From Escherichia coli (GTDB lineage: Bacteria; Pseudomonadota; Gammaproteobacteria; Enterobacterales; Enterobacteriaceae): 64,000 nt of DNA. Below are positions 33,541-44,438 of the stretch, in pieces; position 1 is the stretch's first letter; each line of letters starts with the position of its first letter. The notes below the pieces were generated by a model. It was not told the origin of the DNA. It was given only the letters and a program-made list of their open reading frames with translations, and did no database searches. Made by a program: the position numbers and the translations under genes. Where the stretch lies: assembly GCF_030013205.1 (NCBI RefSeq), contig NZ_CP122648.1; one strand, 5' to 3'.

Positions 33541-34761
33541 ATGAAACGTGCAGTGATTACTGGCCTGGGCATTGTTTCCAGCATCGGTAATAACCAGCAG
33601 GAAGTCCTGGCATCTCTGCGTGAAGGACGTTCAGGGATCACTTTCTCTCAGGAGCTGAAGGATTCCGGCATGCGTAGCCACGTCTGGGGCAACGTAAAAC
33701 TGGATACCACTGGCCTCATTGACCGCAAAGTTGTGCGCTTTATGAGCGACGCATCCATTTATGCATTCCTTTCTATGGAGCAGGCAATTGCAGATGCTGG
33801 CCTCTCCCCGGAAGCTTACCAGAATAACCCGCGCGTTGGCCTGATTGCAGGTTCTGGCGGCGGTTCCCCGCGTTTCCAGGTCTTCGGCGCTGACGCAATG
33901 CGCGGCCCGCGCGGCCTGAAAGCGGTTGGCCCGTATGTGGTCACCAAAGCGATGGCATCTGGCGTTTCTGCCTGCCTCGCCACGCCGTTTAAAATTCACG
34001 GCGTTAACTACTCCATCAGCTCCGCGTGTGCGACCTCCGCACACTGTATCGGTAACGCAGTAGAGCAGATCCAACTGGGCAAACAGGACATCGTGTTTGC
34101 TGGCGGCGGCGAAGAGCTGTGCTGGGAAATGGCTTGCGAATTCGACGCAATGGGCGCGCTGTCTACCAAATACAACGACACCCCGGAAAAAGCCTCCCGT
34201 ACTTATGACGCTCACCGTGACGGTTTCGTTATCGCTGGCGGCGGCGGTATGGTGGTGGTCGAAGAACTGGAACACGCGTTGGCACGTGGTGCTCATATCT
34301 ACGCTGAAATCGTTGGCTACGGCGCAACGTCTGATGGCGCAGACATGGTTGCTCCGTCTGGCGAAGGCGCAGTGCGTTGCATGAAGATGGCGATGCACGG
34401 TGTTGATACCCCAATCGACTACCTGAACTCCCACGGTACTTCGACTCCGGTTGGCGACGTGAAAGAGCTGGCGGCTATCCGTGAAGTGTTCGGCGATAAG
34501 AGCCCGGCGATTTCTGCAACCAAAGCAATGACCGGTCACTCTCTGGGCGCTGCTGGCGTACAGGAAGCTATCTACTCTCTGCTGATGCTGGAACACGGCT
34601 TTATCGCCCCGAGCATCAACATTGAAGAGCTGGACGAACAGGCTGCGGGTCTGAACATCGTGACCGAAACGACCGATCGCGAACTGACCACCGTGATGTC
34701 TAACAGCTTCGGCTTCGGCGGCACCAACGCCACGCTGGTAATGCGTAAGCTGAAAGATTAA
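33541..34761 (+). CDS. fabB: 3-oxoacyl-ACP synthase I FabB
   Basis: 406 aa; KAS I sequence. Confidence 0.97.
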
Positions 34762-34767
34762 TTCGGA

Positions 34768-34803
34768 GTAGGTCGGATAGGACGCGTCAGCGTCGCATCC
34801 GAC
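34768..34803. repeat. REP element
   Basis: GTAGGTCGGATAGGACGCGTCAGCGTCGCATCCGAC downstream of fabB. Confidence 0.7.
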
Positions 34804-35022
34804 GATATGCGGCAATGCTGCCTCCGGTACTAAAGAATAAGGGAACCCGATGGTTCCCTTTTTCACATTATTGACAATCGCCGCCTGTTCCAGGCAAACT
34901 TCCCGCTTTGTCGATTTCCTTCTGAAAAGACGTACGCGTTAAATCCTGCCAACGCACCGTAACCCTGAAACCAGAGATATGAGACGGGGAAATTCCTCGC
35001 CTTGCGCTGCATTCTGGAGTAA

Positions 35023-37196
<2,174 letters not shown>

Positions 37197-37396
37197 TACG
37201 TATCCTTATACCTGAAATCTTCGCAAGTATGCCTGGCCGCGAGATTATGGCACACTTGTCCGGTTAACTCTCGTCTCATACAGGTAACACAAACGTGAAA
37301 ATCCTTGTTGATGAAAAAAATGATGATTTAATTTATTGATATAAAAGGATTTATATCAGCACGTGTCCACGTAGTGACCACATTTTCGAGTTACAG

Positions 37397-37432
37397 ATAA
37401 CACAAAGCCCGTTTTCACGGGCTTTGTGTTAT
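37397..37432. terminator. 13-bp perfect inverted repeat with 6-nt loop (AACACAAAGCCCG/CGGGCTTTGTGTT) at the core/insert junction; terminator-like without strong U tract
   Basis: seen in sequence between 297-aa ORF stop and flk upstream region. Confidence 0.4.
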
Positions 37433-37462
37433 CTGGATTGTGGCTAAGCCACATGATTTATG

Positions 37463-38356
37463 CTATTTCCAGTTACAAGCAGCTTGAAGTGGTTTTAGCG
37501 CGTTTGACAGGCCGTTTAAATTGAAAGTTGCACTTACAGGGCTCTCATTATAAGGAGTTATTTTTGTATACATTTTGTTTGAGTTGGCTAGTTTTCGGAT
37601 GAAATCAATGTCATTACCTTTATAAAAAACAGCCTTTGTATCTGTAGATACTAGCCAGTTTCGCTCAACTGCTTTCTGTTTATCAAGACGATAAAGCATG
37701 CTGGTTTGTTCAAGGCCTAAATATACATCCCAACTAAGAAATACTTCGGTTTTCTTTTCTCGGCAAGCTATAAACAGAGTGGGAGTAACCGCTTCTCCAA
37801 ATGGAGTTCTGATATAATCATCACTTTCTAACGATAAAATTACATTTTTCGAATCATCAATTGGCGATGTAGTAATGGATGTGTGCCATTTTCCTACATC
37901 TGTGGCTTTCTCTAATTTTGATTCAGCTTGAACAGCTTTATCCTGTGGGAATAGTTTATCGTAGCAGTTTAGTCTGGCTTCTTTATCATTTTCTGCTCGG
38001 CATTTAGATATCTCAGAAAGATTTGGTTGCTGAGCCTCTGTTGTTACTGGCTTTTCCGTTTTAGATTTTGAGTTTACAGATGGAGTAAATGTTGGAGAAA
38101 AAAAACGATCATAACAAGATAAACGTCTGTCATCATCTTTCTCATCAGGGCATTGATCTCTGCTTTCGAATTTTTCAGCAACTTTCGTTCGAGTCGGTTG
38201 TATTGACTTATCGTAACAAGAAAGTCTGTCTTTATTATTTTCTATTGCTCGGCACTGGAGTACTGCATTGAAGTTATTATGTTCAGTTGCTGCGTGAACA
38301 GGCAGTACACTAATTGATATAAATGATGCACCTATAGAAAAAATTATATTTTTCAT
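37463..38356 (-). CDS. secreted protein with three tandem Cys-containing repeats (RLSCYDK-type) and a C-terminal domain; function unknown
   Basis: 297 aa; signal peptide MKNIIFSIGASFISISVLPVHA; AT-rich; not in the remembered K-12 flk neighbourhood. Confidence 0.6.
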   Translation of the reverse strand: MKNIIFSIGASFISISVLPVHAATEHNNFNAVLQCRAIENNKDRLSCYDKSIQPTRTKVAEKFESRDQCPDEKDDDRRLSCYDRFFSPTFTPSVNSKSKTEKPVTTEAQQPNLSEISKCRAENDKEARLNCYDKLFPQDKAVQAESKLEKATDVGKWHTSITTSPIDDSKNVILSLESDDYIRTPFGEAVTPTLFIACREKKTEVFLSWDVYLGLEQTSMLYRLDKQKAVERNWLVSTDTKAVFYKGNDIDFIRKLANSNKMYTKITPYNESPVSATFNLNGLSNALKPLQAACNWK

Positions 38357-38360
38357 TTTG

Positions 38361-38702
38361 TTATCCTTTTGGTTTAGTAAGAAATACTAAAATTCCGATA
38401 ATGATATCGCCAATAACCCATAAACTTCCAATGGTAATTAAACCTAAGCCTGTACCAATAACTGCACCGGCTTTTTCGGCATCGGATGTAGCATTATTTA
38501 TTATTTCACTAGTGCCTCCCAGTCCAACTAAAAGCGTATAGATCATAAAAATATTAAATAATATAAATATCCACTTGATGAGCTTTCCAAAAAATGAACG
38601 CTTAAGTTTTTTTATTTGTTTACCGCAAGCAGGGCAATACAATGCTGAATCGCTCACCTCTTTCTGGCATTCAGGACATTTGATTAATGCCATGTAATCC
38701 AC
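38361..38702 (-). CDS. zinc-ribbon membrane protein (CPECQ...CPACG then two TM helices), GTG start
   Basis: 113 aa; starts 5 nt after upstream ORF. Confidence 0.55.
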   Translation of the reverse strand: MDYMALIKCPECQKEVSDSALYCPACGKQIKKLKRSFFGKLIKWIFILFNIFMIYTLLVGLGGTSEIINNATSDAEKAGAVIGTGLGLITIGSLWVIGDIIIGILVFLTKPKG

Positions 38703-38954
38703 CTCCTTTGGATCAATACGAGTTGATATTTGTTACAAAACATTTTGATTTTATCAGATTTTTTTTTATTGATAAGTGTCAATTGATTAGCTGGTATAGA
38801 GTGAGACATATAGAAGGGCAGATCTGTATCAGTAGTGATGCAAAAATCCCACAGTTTCATGGAATTTTTGCATTTAGAGCCGTGAGATAGGGTGCCTTAT
38901 CGACCTTACCCTGGCAACCGATTGACGGGGGATTACTCCCCCGTCGCGGTTTCC

Positions 38955-39095
38955 TTACTGCTTACACTGTAAGAACGCCGCAAACTCCGCTCCCCAGAAA
39001 CTCATCCGTATTTCGCACAGCGAACCGTGCAACATCCAGATGATGAGGATTACCGTCACGCAGAACGTGATGGCTGTAAGCGATTTTTGCGACAT
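38955..39095 (-). CDS. Hok/Gef-family type I toxin-like peptide, 46 aa (not in ORF track)
   Basis: hand translation MSQKSLTAITFCVTVILIIWMLHGSLCEIRMSFWGAEFAAFLQCKQ; AAGGAG 8 nt upstream; N-terminal TM helix plus SLCE and AAFL motifs as in HokA. Confidence 0.5.
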   Translation of the reverse strand: MSQKSLTAITFCVTVILIIWMLHGSLCEIRMSFWGAEFAAFLQCKQ

Positions 39096-39285
39096 AGCAC
39101 TTGCTCCTTTTCCGGAGAGGCGCTAACCTTTCACTTGCTTAGGGTAGACGGTTAGGGCCTCGGTTAAACAAAAGTGTTTTCCGGGGCCTTTCCACATCTG
39201 GCCTTCGGGTATTCCCTCCGACCATCAGCCGAAAGGCACCCGCGCGTAATCTATCGCTTTTTTGTTACTCCGGCAATTCTGCTTG

Positions 39286-39546
39286 TTAATTCTGAGGTAA
39301 AGGCAAACTCATCTGATTGTTTCCCCTGTGTGAAGCTGGTAGCTCATGCCACGGGATACCTTCTGAAGAGTGAACGCCGGAGGCGTGTTTCGATGTGAAT
39401 TTATGGAAAGCTTCCAGTGTTGAGAAGCATACGCCGCATTCCAGATTGTTACACTGGTAATACTTTTGCCGCACGGTGTTTGAATCATTTTCCGGACGAC
39501 TTGTGCGGATACGGGCAGATGCGCCACAAAGCGGACAACGGAACAT
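39286..39546 (-). CDS. ogr: Ogr/Delta-family zinc-finger late-gene activator
   Basis: N-terminus MFRCPLCGASARIRTSR...YYQCNNLECGVCF matches the Ogr Cys4 motif. Confidence 0.85.
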   Translation of the reverse strand: MFRCPLCGASARIRTSRPENDSNTVRQKYYQCNNLECGVCFSTLEAFHKFTSKHASGVHSSEGIPWHELPASHRGNNQMSLPLPQN

Positions 39547-39737
39547 AGCGACCTCCCTTAACGTGGTGTTGCCGCTATTCTAGATTGTACGTTCCCTAAT
39601 TCCAACTAACAGCTCGCTCTGTGCGAAGAGTGAAAATTGAACTTTCAATAGTTGTTGAACTTTCATACATCCAATGTGAAAATTCATACGTTCATAATAG
39701 TTAAAATTTAAAATATTGTATATCAGGTGAATAAAGC

Positions 39738-40760
39738 ATGGGAAGAGATATAACGCTGTACCCTAAAAAAGCAACTAGAAACGAACTTAAAAATTACCTT
39801 GAAAATTTAGGTTTTAAAAGGTGTAAACATTTGTGGGAATGGCCCCAAGGAACGTTGAATTACTCTTGGTTTGATGATACGGACTTCAAATCTACAGATG
39901 GAGTTTCGGCTGATATATATCCTGTTTCAAATGACGAATTACACATATCTGGTAATAAATGGGCATTGCATGTGCGTAATTTATATAGCGCTAGTTGGCA
40001 TGATGTAAAAATGCTTAATGATGTTCTAAAAGGCGCAAGGAGTCTTTTTGGTGGAACACTTATAGGTGATTATGGGAAAAATAGGTACGCTCCTCTATGG
40101 AAGGATTCTAGTAGTCCGATCAGTCGTGGCATTTCTTCAATATTTAATCATGTCCATCATGAGATTTCCGCTGTTAAACATGCCTTACCTGAACCTTCTA
40201 TTAAATTAAACCTACCGGAAGATGGCGGCTTATCCGAATACTTTGATTACATGCAATGTATGGATCCCAGTAGAGTTATATATAATGGATTAGTACCTTT
40301 TGCGGTTGCTATGTTTGAATACTTTTTCTCTAGAGCTTTTCAAATACTTATAAAGTACGATCCTTTCGCAATAGCAAAAAGAACATCGTATAAGCAAAAA
40401 GTTGATTTTGATATTCTGCTTGAGATAGAGAAAGGAAATATTTCAATAGAAAGTGTTATTGCAAGAAATTACACTTTTCAAAACTTAACCCACCTAAACA
40501 AAGCATATAAAGAGTGGCTGGATATAGATGTGAGAGCGATTCTTTATAAGAAAAAAAGAATTGGAAAATCAGTTGATTTTCTTGAGAATCGAATTTCTGA
40601 AATCATACAATATAGACATGGGATAGTTCATCACTTTGAGTTGGATAGGACCTTAAATCGGGATGGATATATTCATATATTAGATGCGCTAGAAAAAAGC
40701 ATAATTGAATTTATCCATTACATAGAAGGCAAATACAAATTTAAATTAAATGCGTATTAA
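39738..40760 (+). CDS. hypothetical protein, 340 aa, strongly AT-rich accessory gene between ogr and D; no recognisable domain
   Basis: ORF track; opposite strand to flanking late genes; own AT-rich upstream region with direct repeats; hairpin terminator after stop. Confidence 0.6.
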   Translation: MGRDITLYPKKATRNELKNYLENLGFKRCKHLWEWPQGTLNYSWFDDTDFKSTDGVSADIYPVSNDELHISGNKWALHVRNLYSASWHDVKMLNDVLKGARSLFGGTLIGDYGKNRYAPLWKDSSSPISRGISSIFNHVHHEISAVKHALPEPSIKLNLPEDGGLSEYFDYMQCMDPSRVIYNGLVPFAVAMFEYFFSRAFQILIKYDPFAIAKRTSYKQKVDFDILLEIEKGNISIESVIARNYTFQNLTHLNKAYKEWLDIDVRAILYKKKRIGKSVDFLENRISEIIQYRHGIVHHFELDRTLNRDGYIHILDALEKSIIEFIHYIEGKYKFKLNAY

Positions 40761-40788
40761 GCAATCAACCTTACATAGGGATGACAAA

Positions 40789-40815
40789 GTCCGCTTCTGA
40801 CACGGAGCGGACCGT
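40789..40815. terminator. hairpin GTCCGCT-N10-AGCGGAC between convergent 340-aa gene and D
   Basis: seen in sequence. Confidence 0.5.
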
Positions 40816-40880
40816 CGTTTATGTTTAATTCTATACTGTAAACTTGCCAGTTTAAGTTTGAGCTAATATGTCTAAGTTGC

Positions 40881-41990
40881 TCACTCTGTTTCTGCTATCC
40901 ATTCCGGGATTTTTGCCTCAAGCTCAAGCTGTGTGGTAAAGCCGCTGTTATCAATGGTGTGCTCGGCTTTCGCAATAATCCAGTCCTGATTATCAATCTC
41001 GCTTTTAAATCCTGTTACCGTGCCATGCATTTCGGGGTAGAGTTCTGCACGTCCACGCACCAGCGTGATGGAAAACGATGCGGCTCCGCGTTGTAGCTGC
41101 TGCCACTTTGCCGCCGCTGCGCGTCTTGCTGCCTGCTCGTTCTGATAAGTCTTGCGTAACACAAACACATTGCCTTCCGCGCCTTCCATATAATCACCTT
41201 CACGGCTGCTGCTTTTCTCCTTTTTGGGTTTTGGCGGTTTGCGGCGTTTCACGCTGACTTTTTTCTTTTTCCCGTAATTAAGATCAAGCCAGTAAGCGCG
41301 TACCCCCGTATACGCCTCGCGGTCAGCAATGCGGAACTGATGGCGATCGCCGCTGCTGCGTGTGATGGCGAACGATGGCAACGGCTGGCCCTGTGCGTTC
41401 ACGCCACCGCCGGGCATGATGAATAACAGATTACCGCTTTTTACCGTGGTGATTGCGCCCAGCATTTCCGCCATGCGCGTAAGGAAGGACATGTCGCTTT
41501 CTTCAGTCTGGTCGGCGTGGTCGATTTCGATATCCATCAGCATTTCGCTGATTTGCGGTTTCAGGCCGTACCGATGAGCGATGGCGGATACCACACGTTC
41601 AACGGTCACATCATGCCAGGACGCCTCACGTTTAACATTAAATTCATCCCGAAAATCTGCGCTTCTGGCTGAAACAGTCAGCCTGTCCGGCGGTCCTTCG
41701 TGAGCGATTTCATCAATAATGTAAGTGCCTTTTTCTGTCAGCGGTTCCCCTTTCCAGCCAATGAGAACCGTCAGACGCGCGCCCCGTGGCGGTAGCTGCA
41801 ACTGGCCATCGGCATCATCCAGCGTGATGGTGAGCTGGTCCGCCTCAAATCCCCGGTTGTCGGTCAGTGACAGGCTCATCAGGCGTTCTGCCACGCCGGA
41901 CAGCGTTTTACCCTCGGCGAGAATATCAAAATCCGGCATTTTCACGGGGTCTGTGCCCTGACTGAGCAATTGCATGGTGGTGTCGGTCAT
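40881..41990 (-). CDS. D: P2 gpD-like tail protein (late control D)
   Basis: similarity to P2 D (LSLTDNRGF..., DGPPD, RSADFRD); start chosen at ATG 41990 with GAGGGA RBS, track ORF extends to 42122. Confidence 0.85.
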   Translation of the reverse strand: MTDTTMQLLSQGTDPVKMPDFDILAEGKTLSGVAERLMSLSLTDNRGFEADQLTITLDDADGQLQLPPRGARLTVLIGWKGEPLTEKGTYIIDEIAHEGPPDRLTVSARSADFRDEFNVKREASWHDVTVERVVSAIAHRYGLKPQISEMLMDIEIDHADQTEESDMSFLTRMAEMLGAITTVKSGNLLFIMPGGGVNAQGQPLPSFAITRSSGDRHQFRIADREAYTGVRAYWLDLNYGKKKKVSVKRRKPPKPKKEKSSSREGDYMEGAEGNVFVLRKTYQNEQAARRAAAAKWQQLQRGAASFSITLVRGRAELYPEMHGTVTGFKSEIDNQDWIIAKAEHTIDNSGFTTQLELEAKIPEWIAETE

Positions 41991-42147
41991 CTGTTCCCTC
42001 CCTGTGCGGCATGGTCGCATGTGCGTGCGGAGGGGGTTACTGCTTTTTGTTGTCGCCGTGGCGGGAGAATAGCGCAGGGGTGAGATTACGCGCGTGGTGG
42101 GTGATGATTGTTGCTGAATCATTTAACGGATACAAGGGGCTGAAGCT

Positions 42148-43332
42148 ATGAGTGAAACTCGTTTTCATGGTGCCCGTGTTACGGAAAATACCGACCTGGT
42201 AACAGCGATTAACGATGTTGATTCCAGCGTTATCGGTATCGTGGCAACGGCGGATGATGCGGACGCGAAGCTGTTCCCGCTGAACAAGCCCACATTGCTG
42301 ACCCGCGTCAATGACGTGCTGGGAAAATGCGGAACAACGGGGACGCTTTATCGTGCGCTTAAGGCCATCGCAGACCAGGTGAGCACAAAGGTGATCGTCG
42401 TTCGCGTGGCTGAACACAAAGAAGAAGACGGAAAGACGCAGGATCAACTGGTTATCGGTGGTTCTGAGGATGACGGCAGCTATACGGGGATGTATGCGCT
42501 GCTTGTTGCAGAGCAGGATGAAAGCATCGGATACCGTCCGCGTATTCTGGCCGCGCCGGAGCTGGACACGGAGGCTGTAACAAAATCCCTGTGCGTGATT
42601 GCAGGTAAACTGCGCGCGTTTGTGTATGCCTCATGTCACGGCTGTAACACGATGGCTGAGGCGATTACCTACCGCCAGAAATTCAACGAACGTGAGGTGA
42701 TGCTCTTATGGCCGGACTTCATCGCCTACAACCCGAAAAGTGGCAAAAACGAAACGTTCCCCGCGCCTGCCTATGCGTGCGGCCTTCGTGCGTACATTGA
42801 CCATGAGCAGGGCTGGCACAAATCGCTGTCCAACGTTCCGGTTAAAAATGTGCTGGGGATGTCCAGGCATGTGTTCTGGTCGTTGCAGGCCGAAGACAGT
42901 GATGCCAACAGCCTCAACAACAAAGAAATCACGACCATTATTCGTCGCAACGGGTTCCGCTTCTGGGGCAACCGCACACCGGAAACGAACGCCTACATCT
43001 TTGAGGTGTATACCCGAACCGCACAGGTGCTGGCTGATTCAATTGCGGAAGCGCAGTTTGAAACCATCGACAGTCCACTGACGCCTGCGAACGTGAAAGA
43101 TGTTATCAGTGCCATCAGGGCAAAACTGGATTCACTGGTTACTGCCGGGAAACTGATTGGGGCGTCGTGCTGGTATGACGTGGTGGATAACGGCACCACG
43201 AATTTACGTCAGGGGCGCGTGCGTATTCGCTACAAATATACGCCTGTTCCCCCGCTGGAAGACATGGAGCTTTACCAGTCGTTTACTGATGAATTCTTTG
43301 GTCCCGCATTTGCGGTGCTGGGAGGTGCCTGA
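42148..43332 (+). CDS. FI: P2 FI-like tail sheath protein
   Basis: 394 aa contractile tail sheath sequence. Confidence 0.9.
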   Translation: MSETRFHGARVTENTDLVTAINDVDSSVIGIVATADDADAKLFPLNKPTLLTRVNDVLGKCGTTGTLYRALKAIADQVSTKVIVVRVAEHKEEDGKTQDQLVIGGSEDDGSYTGMYALLVAEQDESIGYRPRILAAPELDTEAVTKSLCVIAGKLRAFVYASCHGCNTMAEAITYRQKFNEREVMLLWPDFIAYNPKSGKNETFPAPAYACGLRAYIDHEQGWHKSLSNVPVKNVLGMSRHVFWSLQAEDSDANSLNNKEITTIIRRNGFRFWGNRTPETNAYIFEVYTRTAQVLADSIAEAQFETIDSPLTPANVKDVISAIRAKLDSLVTAGKLIGASCWYDVVDNGTTNLRQGRVRIRYKYTPVPPLEDMELYQSFTDEFFGPAFAVLGGA

Positions 43333-43844
43333 TGGCTGTACCAAAACATCTTCGCTTTTTTACGCTGTTTGTGGATGGTGAAAACGAAGTGGGTAAGGTG
43401 ACGTCCGTCACTCTGCCTAAGCTGACGCGCAAAACCGACAGCTACCGGGGTGGTGGCATGATGGGTGCGGTAAGTATTGATCTCGGTCTGGACGACTCCG
43501 CGCTTGATGCGAGCTTTGTCATGGGGGGCGCAGTTCGTGAGCTGTTCCTTAAGTATGGCGGCACGATTGACGGCACGCTGCTGCGTTTTGCGGGTGAATA
43601 CTACACCGATGCAGAAAGCGACCTGTATGAAGTCGAAATGCGCGGACGTGTGACGGAAATTGATATGGGGGAAGCCAAACAGGGCGAAGCCACATCACAC
43701 ACTTACGCCATTAAAAACACCTACTACAAGCTGAGTGTTAACGATCGCCCGTTGTGGGAGATTGACCTGCTGAACTTCATTTACCGGAAGGACGGCAAGG
43801 ACATTGTGCCCGATCGCATCCGTTCCGCGCTCGGGCTTGGCTGA
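43332..43844 (+). CDS. FII: P2 FII-like tail tube protein
   Basis: 170 aa; start overlaps FI stop. Confidence 0.9.
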   Translation: MAVPKHLRFFTLFVDGENEVGKVTSVTLPKLTRKTDSYRGGGMMGAVSIDLGLDDSALDASFVMGGAVRELFLKYGGTIDGTLLRFAGEYYTDAESDLYEVEMRGRVTEIDMGEAKQGEATSHTYAIKNTYYKLSVNDRPLWEIDLLNFIYRKDGKDIVPDRIRSALGLG

Positions 43845-43899
43845 TAAGTAATATGCAGGCGGCGCAGTGCGTCGCCTCTGACTGAAAAGGAGACAACTG

Positions 43900-44274
43900 A
43901 TGAAAGACATCGATACTGAAACCCGGAATAACACCGTGGCGGATGATGTGACGGCAGGTGAGGATATGGCTGTCGAACATGGCGTAAAACTGACCCGACC
44001 AATTGAGCGTGGTGGCGAAAAAATCACGTATGTGGAGATCACCGGGGCTATTGAACAGGCTGGATCCCTGCGTGGTCTGTCGCTGTCTGATGTGCTGAAT
44101 CTGAAAGCGGATACCATGTTCACGCTGTTGCCTCGCGTGACCTCGCCACGACTGGATGAAGTGATGATTAAAAAAATGTCGTCACGCGATTTTATTCAGT
44201 TGTGCGCTGTGGCTGTAAATTTTATGAGCGAGCCAGACTCTGGCGCGAAGAGCGTGCAGGAGACGGCAGCGTAA
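43900..44274 (+). CDS. E: P2 gpE-like tail assembly chaperone
   Basis: 124 aa; position between FII and tape measure. Confidence 0.8.
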   Translation: MKDIDTETRNNTVADDVTAGEDMAVEHGVKLTRPIERGGEKITYVEITGAIEQAGSLRGLSLSDVLNLKADTMFTLLPRVTSPRLDEVMIKKMSSRDFIQLCAVAVNFMSEPDSGAKSVQETAA

Positions 44275-44438
44275 TCACCCTGGTGTGCTTTGAGCACATC
44301 GAAGATCTGGTGGCAGATATCGCCGCCATTTTTAACTGGTCGCCCGCCGAAATCTTCATGATGACGCCCGGCGAAGTGGTTAGCTGGCGTGAGCGGGCGG
44401 CACTTCGCAGCGGGAATGCAGACAATGAAGACTCTTGA
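44202..44438 (+). CDS. -1 frame extension (E'-like) overlapping E 3' end and T start; candidate programmed frameshift product E+E'
   Basis: open -1 frame across the E/T junction; candidate slippery heptamer AAATTTT near 44217-44223. Confidence 0.5.
   Translation: MRCGCKFYERARLWREERAGDGSVITLVCFEHIEDLVADIAAIFNWSPAEIFMMTPGEVVSWRERAALRSGNADNEDS

Noticed and set aside
39096-39285. Prophage attachment site (attL/attR) near ogr
   Set aside because: Expected here, but the partner repeat lies beyond the window end and no core sequence could be recognised; the boundary is left approximate
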